From the NCBI GenBank assembly GCA_963843145.1, contig CAWJJC010000020.1:128001-192000 (forward strand): DNA of 64,000 nucleotides, given 5' to 3'. The stretch is from an uncultured delta proteobacterium. Its GTDB lineage: Bacteria > Desulfobacterota > RBG-13-43-22. Position 1 is the stretch's first letter. The number at the start of each line of letters is the position of its first letter. The position numbers and the translations under genes are program-made. A model generated the notes under the pieces. That model was not told the DNA's origin and ran no database searches. It saw only the letters and a program-made list of their open reading frames with translations. Shown piece by piece: positions 47,341 through 56,000 of this stretch.

Positions 47341-47889
47341 CTAATGGTGGCAGGCCAGCCAGCAATCGATTTGGGCCTTTTTCTTAATGTGGCAGTCCTT
47401 GCAAAACTTCATCTGAAAAAGTTTTTTCTGCAATCGATCCATTTGCTCCACTGGGCCGTGACAATCCTGGCAATCCAGTTTTCCGAAGCGCAAATGGGGT
47501 TGATGCCTGAACTTGACGAAATCAGGGACATAGAAAATCCGCACCCAGGGGACCGGCTTGCCGCTGTCATAATGCTCCTTTTCCTTAAGGAGCATGGGAT
47601 GGGTGGGGATGATGTATTTGTGGCAGAAAAAACATTTTTCCATTTCCGGAAGTCCGGCATGGGCCGACCTTTCCACGTTCGGATGACAGAACCGGCAATT
47701 AATCGCCTTGACCCCGGCGTGCACCCGGTGACTGAAAGGGATGGGTTGTCGAGGTCCGATCCCCTGGCCGGGATAAGCATAATAAAAATAGAGCATCAGG
47801 GCCATCAACAAAACCCCCACGGAAAACCATTTTTTCCATGACGGCCCCGGCCTTGCTTTTCCCGGTCGCCTTTCAGCCAGGAGGCTCAT
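47341..47889 (-). CDS. actA: Pentaheme cytochrome c, ActA/QrcA-like
   Basis: QPIPFSHRVH; CRFCH, CFFCH, CQDCH, CKDCH, CWLACH. Confidence 0.85.
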   Translation of the reverse strand: MSLLAERRPGKARPGPSWKKWFSVGVLLMALMLYFYYAYPGQGIGPRQPIPFSHRVHAGVKAINCRFCHPNVERSAHAGLPEMEKCFFCHKYIIPTHPMLLKEKEHYDSGKPVPWVRIFYVPDFVKFRHQPHLRFGKLDCQDCHGPVEQMDRLQKKLFQMKFCKDCHIKKKAQIDCWLACHH

Positions 47890-49133
47890 CCCCGGCCTTC
47901 CTCCCGGTCCGCATCCAGGGTGTCTAAAAACAGGGGGTCCGTCAAGGGGAGCAACGGAAACCGTTTAAAAAACCATTGGAGGCTTAGGGCCATGAGGCCC
48001 AAGAAACCTAGGCTGATCAAGAATTCCGCCGGGCCCAATGGAAGGCCCGGTCTTTTCCACAGGGAGGGGGCCACCAACAGAAAACGCTCCAGCCACATCC
48101 CGATGAGAATAAGAGCGGTCAGAACCAGCATGGGACCCTGTTTCATCTTGACCTTCTTGCTCAACAGGGTGCCGAAGGGCACGATAAAAAAGAGAACCAG
48201 CACGGTCCAGGCCAGAAAATTCCAGGGAGGGAAATTGACCCGGTTGATCACGAAACGGGTCTCTTCAGGCAGATTCCCATACCAGATCACCAGAAACTGG
48301 GAAAAGAAAAAATCTCCGTTAGTCAGACAAAAGGCCAGGAGCAACTTTCCCAGATCGTGAAACTGGCTTTTTTGGATGACGTTTCCCAGATCAAAGATCT
48401 TGACCGCAAGGATGGAAAGGAAGATCAAGGCGGCCAGGGCGCTGTAAAAGGCACCGGTGAAAAAATACATCCCGAAAAGGGTGCTGTACCAATGAGGGGC
48501 TAAGGACATGACCAGGTCAAAGCCGATCAGGCTGAGCGTCAGGGCATAAAGGATGGCCAGGATGGGCGCCAGGATGGCCTGCTTGCGCAAATTTTCTTTT
48601 CCTTGCTCCCGGAATTTTTCCCAACCCGCCACCCCTTGGGAAGAAATTTTCTTTTCGCCCCGAACCGAAAAATACACCAGGCCCAGGGAAACGGCCGTCA
48701 GCAGAAAGAGGGCCAGACCGTCACGGGCAAAGAGAAAGCCGATATCCAACCAAGCGGCCTTGAAGGGCAGCGGGTGGAGAATCCAGGGGAAAATTCTTTC
48801 CCGGCCTAAAAAAAGGACCCAGAAAAGCAGGAAGGCCAAGGGCAGGAAAGCGACCGGGGCCTCGGCCAGACGCTTTATCGGCCTTCCCCAGCGGGCCTTG
48901 GTCATCACCAGGGCGGCGGAAAAAAGGACCGAGCCGAAGGCCATTCCGGACCAGAAAAGATAATTGACCAAAAAAATCTGCCAGGCCCTTTCCGGCTGCA
49001 GTCCCCCGGCCTCGATTAGAAAGACGGCCCCGCCGATCAGGACCGCGGCCAGGAAGACCAAGGTCCAGCCGTTGAAACCGGTGCCCGGGCCGGAGGCCTT
49101 TATCTCCCGGCAGATTTCATCCCGCGAAATCAT
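47886..49133 (-). CDS. actF: Alternative complex III membrane subunit (NrfD-like), ActF
   Basis: RLAEA, DLVMSLAPHWYSTLFG, HDLGKLL, SQFLVIWYGNLPEE. Confidence 0.85.
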   Translation of the reverse strand: MISRDEICREIKASGPGTGFNGWTLVFLAAVLIGGAVFLIEAGGLQPERAWQIFLVNYLFWSGMAFGSVLFSAALVMTKARWGRPIKRLAEAPVAFLPLAFLLFWVLFLGRERIFPWILHPLPFKAAWLDIGFLFARDGLALFLLTAVSLGLVYFSVRGEKKISSQGVAGWEKFREQGKENLRKQAILAPILAILYALTLSLIGFDLVMSLAPHWYSTLFGMYFFTGAFYSALAALIFLSILAVKIFDLGNVIQKSQFHDLGKLLLAFCLTNGDFFFSQFLVIWYGNLPEETRFVINRVNFPPWNFLAWTVLVLFFIVPFGTLLSKKVKMKQGPMLVLTALILIGMWLERFLLVAPSLWKRPGLPLGPAEFLISLGFLGLMALSLQWFFKRFPLLPLTDPLFLDTLDADREEGRG

Positions 49134-49647
49134 GGATATCCTCGGCACCGGACTCTCTGAGCCAGCCGGCGACTTTTTCCCGTTCCCTGGGCGGGTAGTA
49201 AATCAGCAGGCCGAAACGGTTATCGGAAAAACGGGGGTCATAGTGGGCCGGAAGATGCAGCCTAGGTAGACGGGTGTGAATGAGCATTCCGGCGAAGGAA
49301 ATAAGGACCCCGAACAAAATCAGAAACTCAAAACCGATGATGACAAAGGGGATCCAGGGGATTATCGGCTTGCCGCCGACGATAAACCGCCACTGGATGA
49401 CCGTATAAACGGCCAGGGAAAAACCGGAGACCAGGCCGAAGAGACCGCCGAAGAGGGTGTAATAGCGCACCGGACTGGGGCCCGTATTCAAGGCCTCCTG
49501 GACCTCCGGGGTGGCCGAGGGACTGAAGACGGTAAAATCCAGGTTGGCCTGCTGGGCGGCCTTCAGCGCCCCCAAAAGATCGTCCAGATAGATAAAGATC
49601 CCCATCAAGGCCGGCTGGGCCAGCGGTCTTTTCTCCGCCTTAGACAT
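49117..49647 (-). CDS. actD: Alternative complex III subunit D (DUF3341)
   Basis: VGGKP, FEFLILF, YDPRFSDNRFG, GAE. Confidence 0.85.
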   Translation of the reverse strand: MSKAEKRPLAQPALMGIFIYLDDLLGALKAAQQANLDFTVFSPSATPEVQEALNTGPSPVRYYTLFGGLFGLVSGFSLAVYTVIQWRFIVGGKPIIPWIPFVIIGFEFLILFGVLISFAGMLIHTRLPRLHLPAHYDPRFSDNRFGLLIYYPPREREKVAGWLRESGAEDIHDFAG

Positions 49648-50968
49648 GGCCCGCCCTTTCCCGCCGGGGAGGTTTGACCTCTTCTTTGACATCGGCAATG
49701 GACAGGGTGGGCAAGAATTTGGAAAATAAAAAGAAAAGGAAGAAGAAGATACTGAAGGCCCCGAAGAGGATTCCGTACTCCACCCAGGTGGGACCGGGAT
49801 AGATCCTCCAGATATAAGGATCATAGGCGTGGGCCGGGGAGCCGAGGATGATCACATAACGCTCATACCACATGCCCACGACCACCATGACGGCGATGAC
49901 CGTCAAGGTGATGGTGTTGGTTCGAATTTTTTTGAAAAAGTAAAACAGGGGGGCGACGGAATTGCCGAAGACCATCAACCAGAACCATTCTTTATAATAG
50001 CCGACCATGCGCCAGTAAAAATTGTCCTTTTCCGTAGGATCCCCGCTGTACCAGGAGATGAAGTGTTCGGTCAGATAGGAATAACCCATGATCAAGCCGG
50101 TGAGGATGATGGTCTTGGCGATATTTTCCAGGGTCTCCAGGGTGATGATGTTTTCGAATTTATAGATGCGCCGCAAGGGGATCAACAAGATGAGCACCAT
50201 GGCCAGACCGGAATGGATGGCCCCGGCCACAAAATAGGGCGCGAAGATGGTGCTGTGCCAGCCGGGTAGAATGGACAGGGCAAAATCCCAGGAAACCACG
50301 CTGTGCACGGAAATGACCAGAGGGGTGGCCAGGGCGGCCAGCAGGACGACCGCCCCGCCGTAATGACGCCACTGCCAGTGGGCCCCGGTCCAGTTTAAAG
50401 AAAAAAGTCCGTACACCTTGCGCCGCAGTCCCTGGGATCGGTCACGGATGGCCGCCAGGTCGGGAATAAGACCGGTATACCAAAAAAGGACACTGACGGT
50501 AAGATACGTGGAAATGGCGATCACGTCAAAAACCAGAGGGGACTGGAAATCAGGCCAGAGATTGCGCTGATTGGGATAGGGCAGGATCCAGTAAACCACC
50601 CAGACCCGGCCCAGGTGAATAAAAGGAAAAAGCCCGGCCACCATGACGGCAAAGACCGTCATGGCCTCGGCACTCCGGGATATGGCCGTTCGCCAGCGGG
50701 CCCGAAATAGAAAGAGGATGGCCGAGATCAGGGTGCCGGAATGGGCCAAGCCGACAAAAAAGACGAAATTGACCAGATAGGTGCCCCAGGCAATGGGGTG
50801 ATTGGGCCCGGCCACACCGAGGCCCATCAGGATCTGATAAGCCCAGCACCCGGCCCCCACCAGGATGCCGAAGAACCAGAAGGCCACGATGCCCAGATAG
50901 CGATTTCCCGGCGGGGCCATGGCCCGCAAAACTTCCTGATTGACGCTGCCGTAAGGTAAATCCTTCAT
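49640..50968 (-). CDS. actC: Alternative complex III quinol-binding subunit (NrfD/PsrC family)
   Basis: NFVFFVGLAHSGTLISA, RSAEAMT, HLGR, SVHSVVSWDFA, GWHSTIFAPYFVAGAI. Confidence 0.92.
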   Translation of the reverse strand: MKDLPYGSVNQEVLRAMAPPGNRYLGIVAFWFFGILVGAGCWAYQILMGLGVAGPNHPIAWGTYLVNFVFFVGLAHSGTLISAILFLFRARWRTAISRSAEAMTVFAVMVAGLFPFIHLGRVWVVYWILPYPNQRNLWPDFQSPLVFDVIAISTYLTVSVLFWYTGLIPDLAAIRDRSQGLRRKVYGLFSLNWTGAHWQWRHYGGAVVLLAALATPLVISVHSVVSWDFALSILPGWHSTIFAPYFVAGAIHSGLAMVLILLIPLRRIYKFENIITLETLENIAKTIILTGLIMGYSYLTEHFISWYSGDPTEKDNFYWRMVGYYKEWFWLMVFGNSVAPLFYFFKKIRTNTITLTVIAVMVVVGMWYERYVIILGSPAHAYDPYIWRIYPGPTWVEYGILFGAFSIFFFLFFLFSKFLPTLSIADVKEEVKPPRRERAGHV

Positions 50969-50970
50969 CC

Positions 50971-53934
50971 TCAGGCCTCAAAAATATCCGTTATCCTCTT
51001 TAAATAAATGACCGCCGGCTTGGTATTGAGATGACCCAGGACCTGATAACGGCGCGTGTCCTGGATCAATTGGGAAACACGGCTTTTCGGGTCAAGGAGG
51101 TTTCCAAAAATCAAGGCCTCGGTTGGACAGGTCTGGGCGCAGGCCGTGGTAAATTCCCCGTCTCTCACTTTGCGGCCTTCGGCTCTGGCCTGAATCTTGG
51201 CCCCGATGATCCGCTGGACGCAGAAGGAGCATTTTTCCATGACCCCTTTTTGACGAACCGTCACCTCGGGGTTGAGCTGCCAGTCCAGAGGACTGGGCCG
51301 CGTATAGTTAAACCAGTTGAACCGCCGGACCTTATAGGGGTCGTTTTGCAGACAAAAACGGGTACCGATACACCGGTTGTAGGTCTGGTTGTTCAGCCCT
51401 TCCGGGTTATGGACCGGGGCATAGACCGGGCAGACCGATTCACAGGGGGCGAAGTCGCAGTGCTGACAGAGCATGGGCAGCCAACGGGCCACCCCTTCCT
51501 GGGGGTCAAAGTAACGCTGAATCCGGATCCAGGACATCTCCCGGCCGTTGAGGACCTGCTCCTTTCCTACGACCGCCACATTGTTCTCGGCATAGCAGGC
51601 CGTCACGCAGGCCGAACAGCCGATGCAGCGGTCCAGGTCGACGACCATCGCCCAGCGGTATTCCTTGTGCTGGTGGGCCGGATAAAAATCCTTTCGGGGG
51701 TCGACCCCTTGCGGTAAAGGCAGGTCGAGGTGAGGGAGTACCGCGGATTTGAGGGCTTGCTGGTAATCCTTCAGGGTCATGACCTGCATAATTTCCCGAT
51801 CGTGCTGGAAAAAGCTCCCGTCCACGTGGGCCAGGACGATCTGCCGGCCCTGTTTTTGAAGACTGACCCGCAGGGCCGGTCGGTGCAATCCCCCTGAAGG
51901 GGGATCGATAGCCGGAGACAATAACGACAGGGGATTGGCCGGATGCCCATCGGCATACCTTCCATAATTCCAATGGCCCTGTCCGATGGGCAAGGCCAGG
52001 ATCCCGGGAGGAACCGTATATACGGGATAGGCCGGCACCTCCAGACTGCCGTGAGGAGATCGAATCAGAAGCACCTCCCCTTTTTGAATATCCAAGGTCT
52101 TGGCTGTTTCCGGGTGAATCTCCAGCCAACCATCCCAGGTAATCTGGGTCAGGGGATCGGGAAGCTCCTGGATCCAGGGTCGATTGGCCCCACGTCCGTC
52201 AAAAAACTGAATCGTCGGGTAAAGGGTCAAAGGCAGCGTTTGATCGGACCTCGAAACCGATTCGAAATCGGGAAAAGAGAAGGAAAAGTCCTTTAGCGGG
52301 GAAGGGGGGTTCCCGGGTTTGGTTTCTTTCCAGGCCCCTCCTCTTTCCATGGCCTTCTGCCAGAATTCTTCCGGAGAAAAATCCATTTCCATTTCCTTTC
52401 CCTTTTGGGACCAGGAATTCCGGAGGAACTGATAAAAATCTTTCCAGGGAAACTTTTCCGGGCCCCTGACCCTTTTCCCGGAAGAAAGCAGGATATCCCC
52501 TAACGGCCGGGTCTGGAAGACCGGTCCCATCACCGGCTGCATCAGCCCGGAGACCCCCTCCCGGGGCGCATAGTCCCCCCAGGATTCCAGGAAGGTAGGA
52601 TTGGGCAGGACCAGGTGGGCCCGGCTGCTGGTCTCGTCCAAATAACTCGAAAAGCTGACCACCAGCGGGACCGCCTCCAGACCCTGTTGGAATTCCGAGG
52701 AAAAGGGGAGCGTAAAGGCGGGGTTGACCTGCCCCAGGAGCAAAAGATCGACCGCTCCCCTCTTCATTCGCTCCGAAAGTTCTTTCATCCCGGCCAGAGG
52801 GGACGCTTGGCCATAGACCAAAGGACTTTGGAAATCCATGGTTTGTTGGGTGCCCGGTTTAACCAGGCAGAGGAGATTGGCCGTTACGGCCGCCTCGAAG
52901 GCCCGAGGCCCGGAGAGCCCCTGCCCCTCAGCCAGGACCAGCGGTCTTTCGGCCCGGATAAACCTCCCGGCCAGATTCCGGATCACCGACGCCTGGACCC
53001 CGGTCCTTTGGCTGATCCTTTCCAAAGAAAAATTTTGAAGGGCCCTGGCCAGCGCCGGCCTTTGGTCGGCAGGAAAATGGCCGAGTGTTCCTTCATCGAG
53101 CAGCACCCTAAGCAGACCCAGGCCGATGAGATACTCATCCCCCGGAGGGACGAAAATCCGCTGATCGGCATTGTTGGCCGTCAGGGAAAGCCTCGGCCCC
53201 ACGAAGATGAAGGGATTTCTGCCTTTTGGCCGCAGCGAATGGAAAACGGCAAATTGCCGGGCAAATTCCAAATTGGAGATCCAGGTCTCCAAAAAACCGG
53301 CCCCCAGGGAAATAAGAAAATCGGCCCGATCGATCCGGTAATGCGGAAAACCATCAAAGTGAAAAACGGCCTGGTTGGCCCGGCGCAAGGGCTCATAGGC
53401 AAAAGACTCATAGAGCAGGAGTTCCCGGGAACCCATTTCCGAAAGCCAGCGGGAGGTTAAGTCCCTTAAGCTGCCGTTCAGCAATTCGCTGACAAAGACG
53501 ATCCGTTCTCCCCGGCCTTTACGAACCAGGTCCTTCAGGGTTCGAACCAGGATTTCTTCCCCTTGATTCCAGGACACCGGGGCCATTTTCCCCTTCCCCT
53601 TCTTCATTAAGGGTCCGGGAAACCGATCGGGATTATAAAGCCCCTGGAGTGAAGCCTGCCCGCGGGCACAGAGTTTTCCTCCGCTGACCGGATGGAGGGG
53701 ATTTCCCTCCACTTTGATTACCCGGCCATCCCGGTTCTTGGCCAGAAGGCCGCAGCCGGCCGGGCACTCCCGGCAAGTGCTGGCATACCAGCTTGCCGCG
53801 CCGGGTATCAGGTCTTGGGGGGGAGATAGATAAGGGATCAGGTCATTGGGGGTAGTGGAGGAGCAGCCTAAGGCGGCGCTGGTCCCCGCCAGACCAATGA
53901 TCTTTAAAAAGTCCCGACGCTCGAGCTTATACAT
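50971..53934 (-). CDS. actB: Alternative complex III subunit B (molybdopterin-fold + polyferredoxin), Tat substrate
   Basis: RRDFLK Tat motif; WIQELPDPLTQITWD; CIGCSACVTAC, CQHC..APCESVC, CIGTRFC, GVMEKCSFC. Confidence 0.9.
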   Translation of the reverse strand: MYKLERRDFLKIIGLAGTSAALGCSSTTPNDLIPYLSPPQDLIPGAASWYASTCRECPAGCGLLAKNRDGRVIKVEGNPLHPVSGGKLCARGQASLQGLYNPDRFPGPLMKKGKGKMAPVSWNQGEEILVRTLKDLVRKGRGERIVFVSELLNGSLRDLTSRWLSEMGSRELLLYESFAYEPLRRANQAVFHFDGFPHYRIDRADFLISLGAGFLETWISNLEFARQFAVFHSLRPKGRNPFIFVGPRLSLTANNADQRIFVPPGDEYLIGLGLLRVLLDEGTLGHFPADQRPALARALQNFSLERISQRTGVQASVIRNLAGRFIRAERPLVLAEGQGLSGPRAFEAAVTANLLCLVKPGTQQTMDFQSPLVYGQASPLAGMKELSERMKRGAVDLLLLGQVNPAFTLPFSSEFQQGLEAVPLVVSFSSYLDETSSRAHLVLPNPTFLESWGDYAPREGVSGLMQPVMGPVFQTRPLGDILLSSGKRVRGPEKFPWKDFYQFLRNSWSQKGKEMEMDFSPEEFWQKAMERGGAWKETKPGNPPSPLKDFSFSFPDFESVSRSDQTLPLTLYPTIQFFDGRGANRPWIQELPDPLTQITWDGWLEIHPETAKTLDIQKGEVLLIRSPHGSLEVPAYPVYTVPPGILALPIGQGHWNYGRYADGHPANPLSLLSPAIDPPSGGLHRPALRVSLQKQGRQIVLAHVDGSFFQHDREIMQVMTLKDYQQALKSAVLPHLDLPLPQGVDPRKDFYPAHQHKEYRWAMVVDLDRCIGCSACVTACYAENNVAVVGKEQVLNGREMSWIRIQRYFDPQEGVARWLPMLCQHCDFAPCESVCPVYAPVHNPEGLNNQTYNRCIGTRFCLQNDPYKVRRFNWFNYTRPSPLDWQLNPEVTVRQKGVMEKCSFCVQRIIGAKIQARAEGRKVRDGEFTTACAQTCPTEALIFGNLLDPKSRVSQLIQDTRRYQVLGHLNTKPAVIYLKRITDIFEA

Positions 53935-54042
53935 GGATAACTTTCCGGGATAGAACAACAGTCAGGGATTTTTTAGGCATTGCCAATCGGACCTGGGGGC
54001 ATTTTACCTAAATAATAAAATAAGTAAATGGGGTTATTTGAT

Positions 54043-54240
54043 TTAGGATGAACCTTTATGGACTACATTACATTCATTGCATCCGCAGACCGGGCAGGTG
54101 ATCGTTTCAGTCAGCTCACTCTTTGGTTCATCCTTCCCAATAACCCGATCCATGAACACCTTGAACCCGTGTCCGCATTCCCGGCATAAGGCTTCCACTT
54201 CCTCTTTTTCCAGGTCTTCCAAATTCTCTTTTTGCTCCAT
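54043..54240 (-). CDS. Small zinc-ribbon-like protein
   Basis: GGAGG RBS; CRECG...CPVCGCNEC. Confidence 0.7.
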   Translation of the reverse strand: MEQKENLEDLEKEEVEALCRECGHGFKVFMDRVIGKDEPKSELTETITCPVCGCNECNVVHKGSS

Positions 54241-54297
54241 GGCTCTTTCCTCCCTTTGAATTTATCGCTTGGCCCTCATGGGTGGGCACCCTGGATT

Positions 54298-54411
54298 TAA
54301 TACGAAAATAGAACTCGGCACCACAAAGCCTTTATTAACAATTAATAATTAACAATTGATTATTAATTATTATTGGATGCCTAGGTGGTACCCAGTTTTA
54401 TTTTCGTATTA
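54298..54411. repeat. Long AT-rich palindrome with a heptamer core
   Basis: TTAATACGAAAATA...ATTAACA ATTAATA ATTAACA ATTGATT ATTAATT ATT...TATTTTCGTATTAA. Confidence 0.8.
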
Positions 54412-54573
54412 ATCCCCCATGGCCGGGGCGGGCACCCCGAAGCATGAAAATGGTATTCTCCAAACCTTATGCCTTGAACCTTATACCCTGTGCCCTATTT
54501 TCGTACTAATCCCCTCTCTATCCTGGCCGTCCGTCCCGAAGGGCGCACAACGAAATGAAGGAATTCCCTTCCC

Positions 54574-56000
54574 TCAGTTGCCCGGGATCAGGCAGCGGGC
54601 GGCCGCTCCGGCCAGTTCATAGAGATAACCGGGAAAAAGTCCCCCGCCGACGATGATAACGATCAAGGCCGAGGTGAGCAGTCGGGTCGCCGGGGATAAG
54701 GAAATCCGCGGCAGCTCTTCATCGGGGTCAAGGAAATAGGCCGCCTTCACGATCAGGGCATAATAGTACAACGAAACGGCCACATTGATCATGCCGATCA
54801 ACACCAGATAGAAATAGCCATTTTTCATGGCCGCGGCAAAGACCAGGAATTTCCCGGTGAAGCCGATGGTGGGGGGATTCCTCCGAGGCTGAAAACACCG
54901 AGCAACAGCGCCAAAGCCAACAGCGGGGAGCGGCGATGCAATCCGGCCAGTTGAGCTACCTGCAAATCGCGACCGGGGGAGGCGGCTTTGACCAGTACCA
55001 GAAAGCAGCTAAAGCTCATCACCAGATAGGCCAGGGCATAAAAGATGGCCCCGGCGAAGCCGGCCTCATTCAAACTGAGGATGCCGATCATTACATACCC
55101 GGCCTGGGCAATGGCGGAGTATCCCAGCAGCCTTTTGAGGTCCTTCTGGACCATGGCCCCCAGGTTGCCCAGGGTCATAGAGGCTATGGCCAGCACGGCC
55201 AGGACGTGGACCAACGGTCGGCTGCCGCCCCCGCTTAAGGAGACCAGGCGCAGCAGGATAGCTATGGCCGCCACTTTGCTCGCCGTGGCGATGTAGGCCG
55301 TCACCTGGTTGGCCGCTCCCTGATAAACACTCGGCGCCCAGACATGGAAGGGAAAGAGGGCCAGCTTGAAAAAAAACCCGCTTAACGTAAAAATCAGGCC
55401 GATGAAGGCCAGGGGCGATCCCAGCAGACCGGGAAGCACCCGGAGGAGTTCCCCCGCAAAGGTGGTTCCCGTAGCGCCGTAGAGGGCCGCCAGACCGAAA
55501 AGCATCACCGCCGAAGTGGTGGCCCCGATCAGGAAATATTTAATTCCCGCCTCCAGAGCCAGGTCGGGCCCTTTCCGCAAGGGGACCAACAGGTAGAGCG
55601 AATAACTGGCCAGCTCCAACGCCACGTAGAGGGTGAGCAGCTCCACACTGCTGACCAGGATCATCATGGCCCAAGTGCCCAGGACGAGGAGAAAATAAAA
55701 CTCGGAGTGGCGCCCCGCACTGATGTCGCTCAATTCCGAGCAGAGGCCGACCACGAGAAAAAGCCCCAGCGCCAGCAGGACCTTGAAAACCTGGGAAAAA
55801 AGATCCACGCGGAAAACCTGGGCGAAGAATAAGCCCTCCAGTCGGACGGCCCCCAGGCTGACGGCAACGCCCCCGGCCGTCAGGAAAAGGGCCAGACGAT
55901 AATCCCGTCGAGGGTTGGACCGGGAGCGCGTGGCCAAGACAAAAAATACGCCGGCCACCAGGAAAAAATAAGCCTCGGGGATGAGGGGCATCCAGTTCAT
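54574..56000 (-). CDS. nuoN: NADH-quinone oxidoreductase subunit N, apparent frameshift at G run 54871-54876
   Basis: EAGIKYF, FKLALFPFHVWAPSVYQGA, KRLLGYS; adding one base restores GIPPTIGFTGKF and joins the 54574..54828 ORF. Confidence 0.9.
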
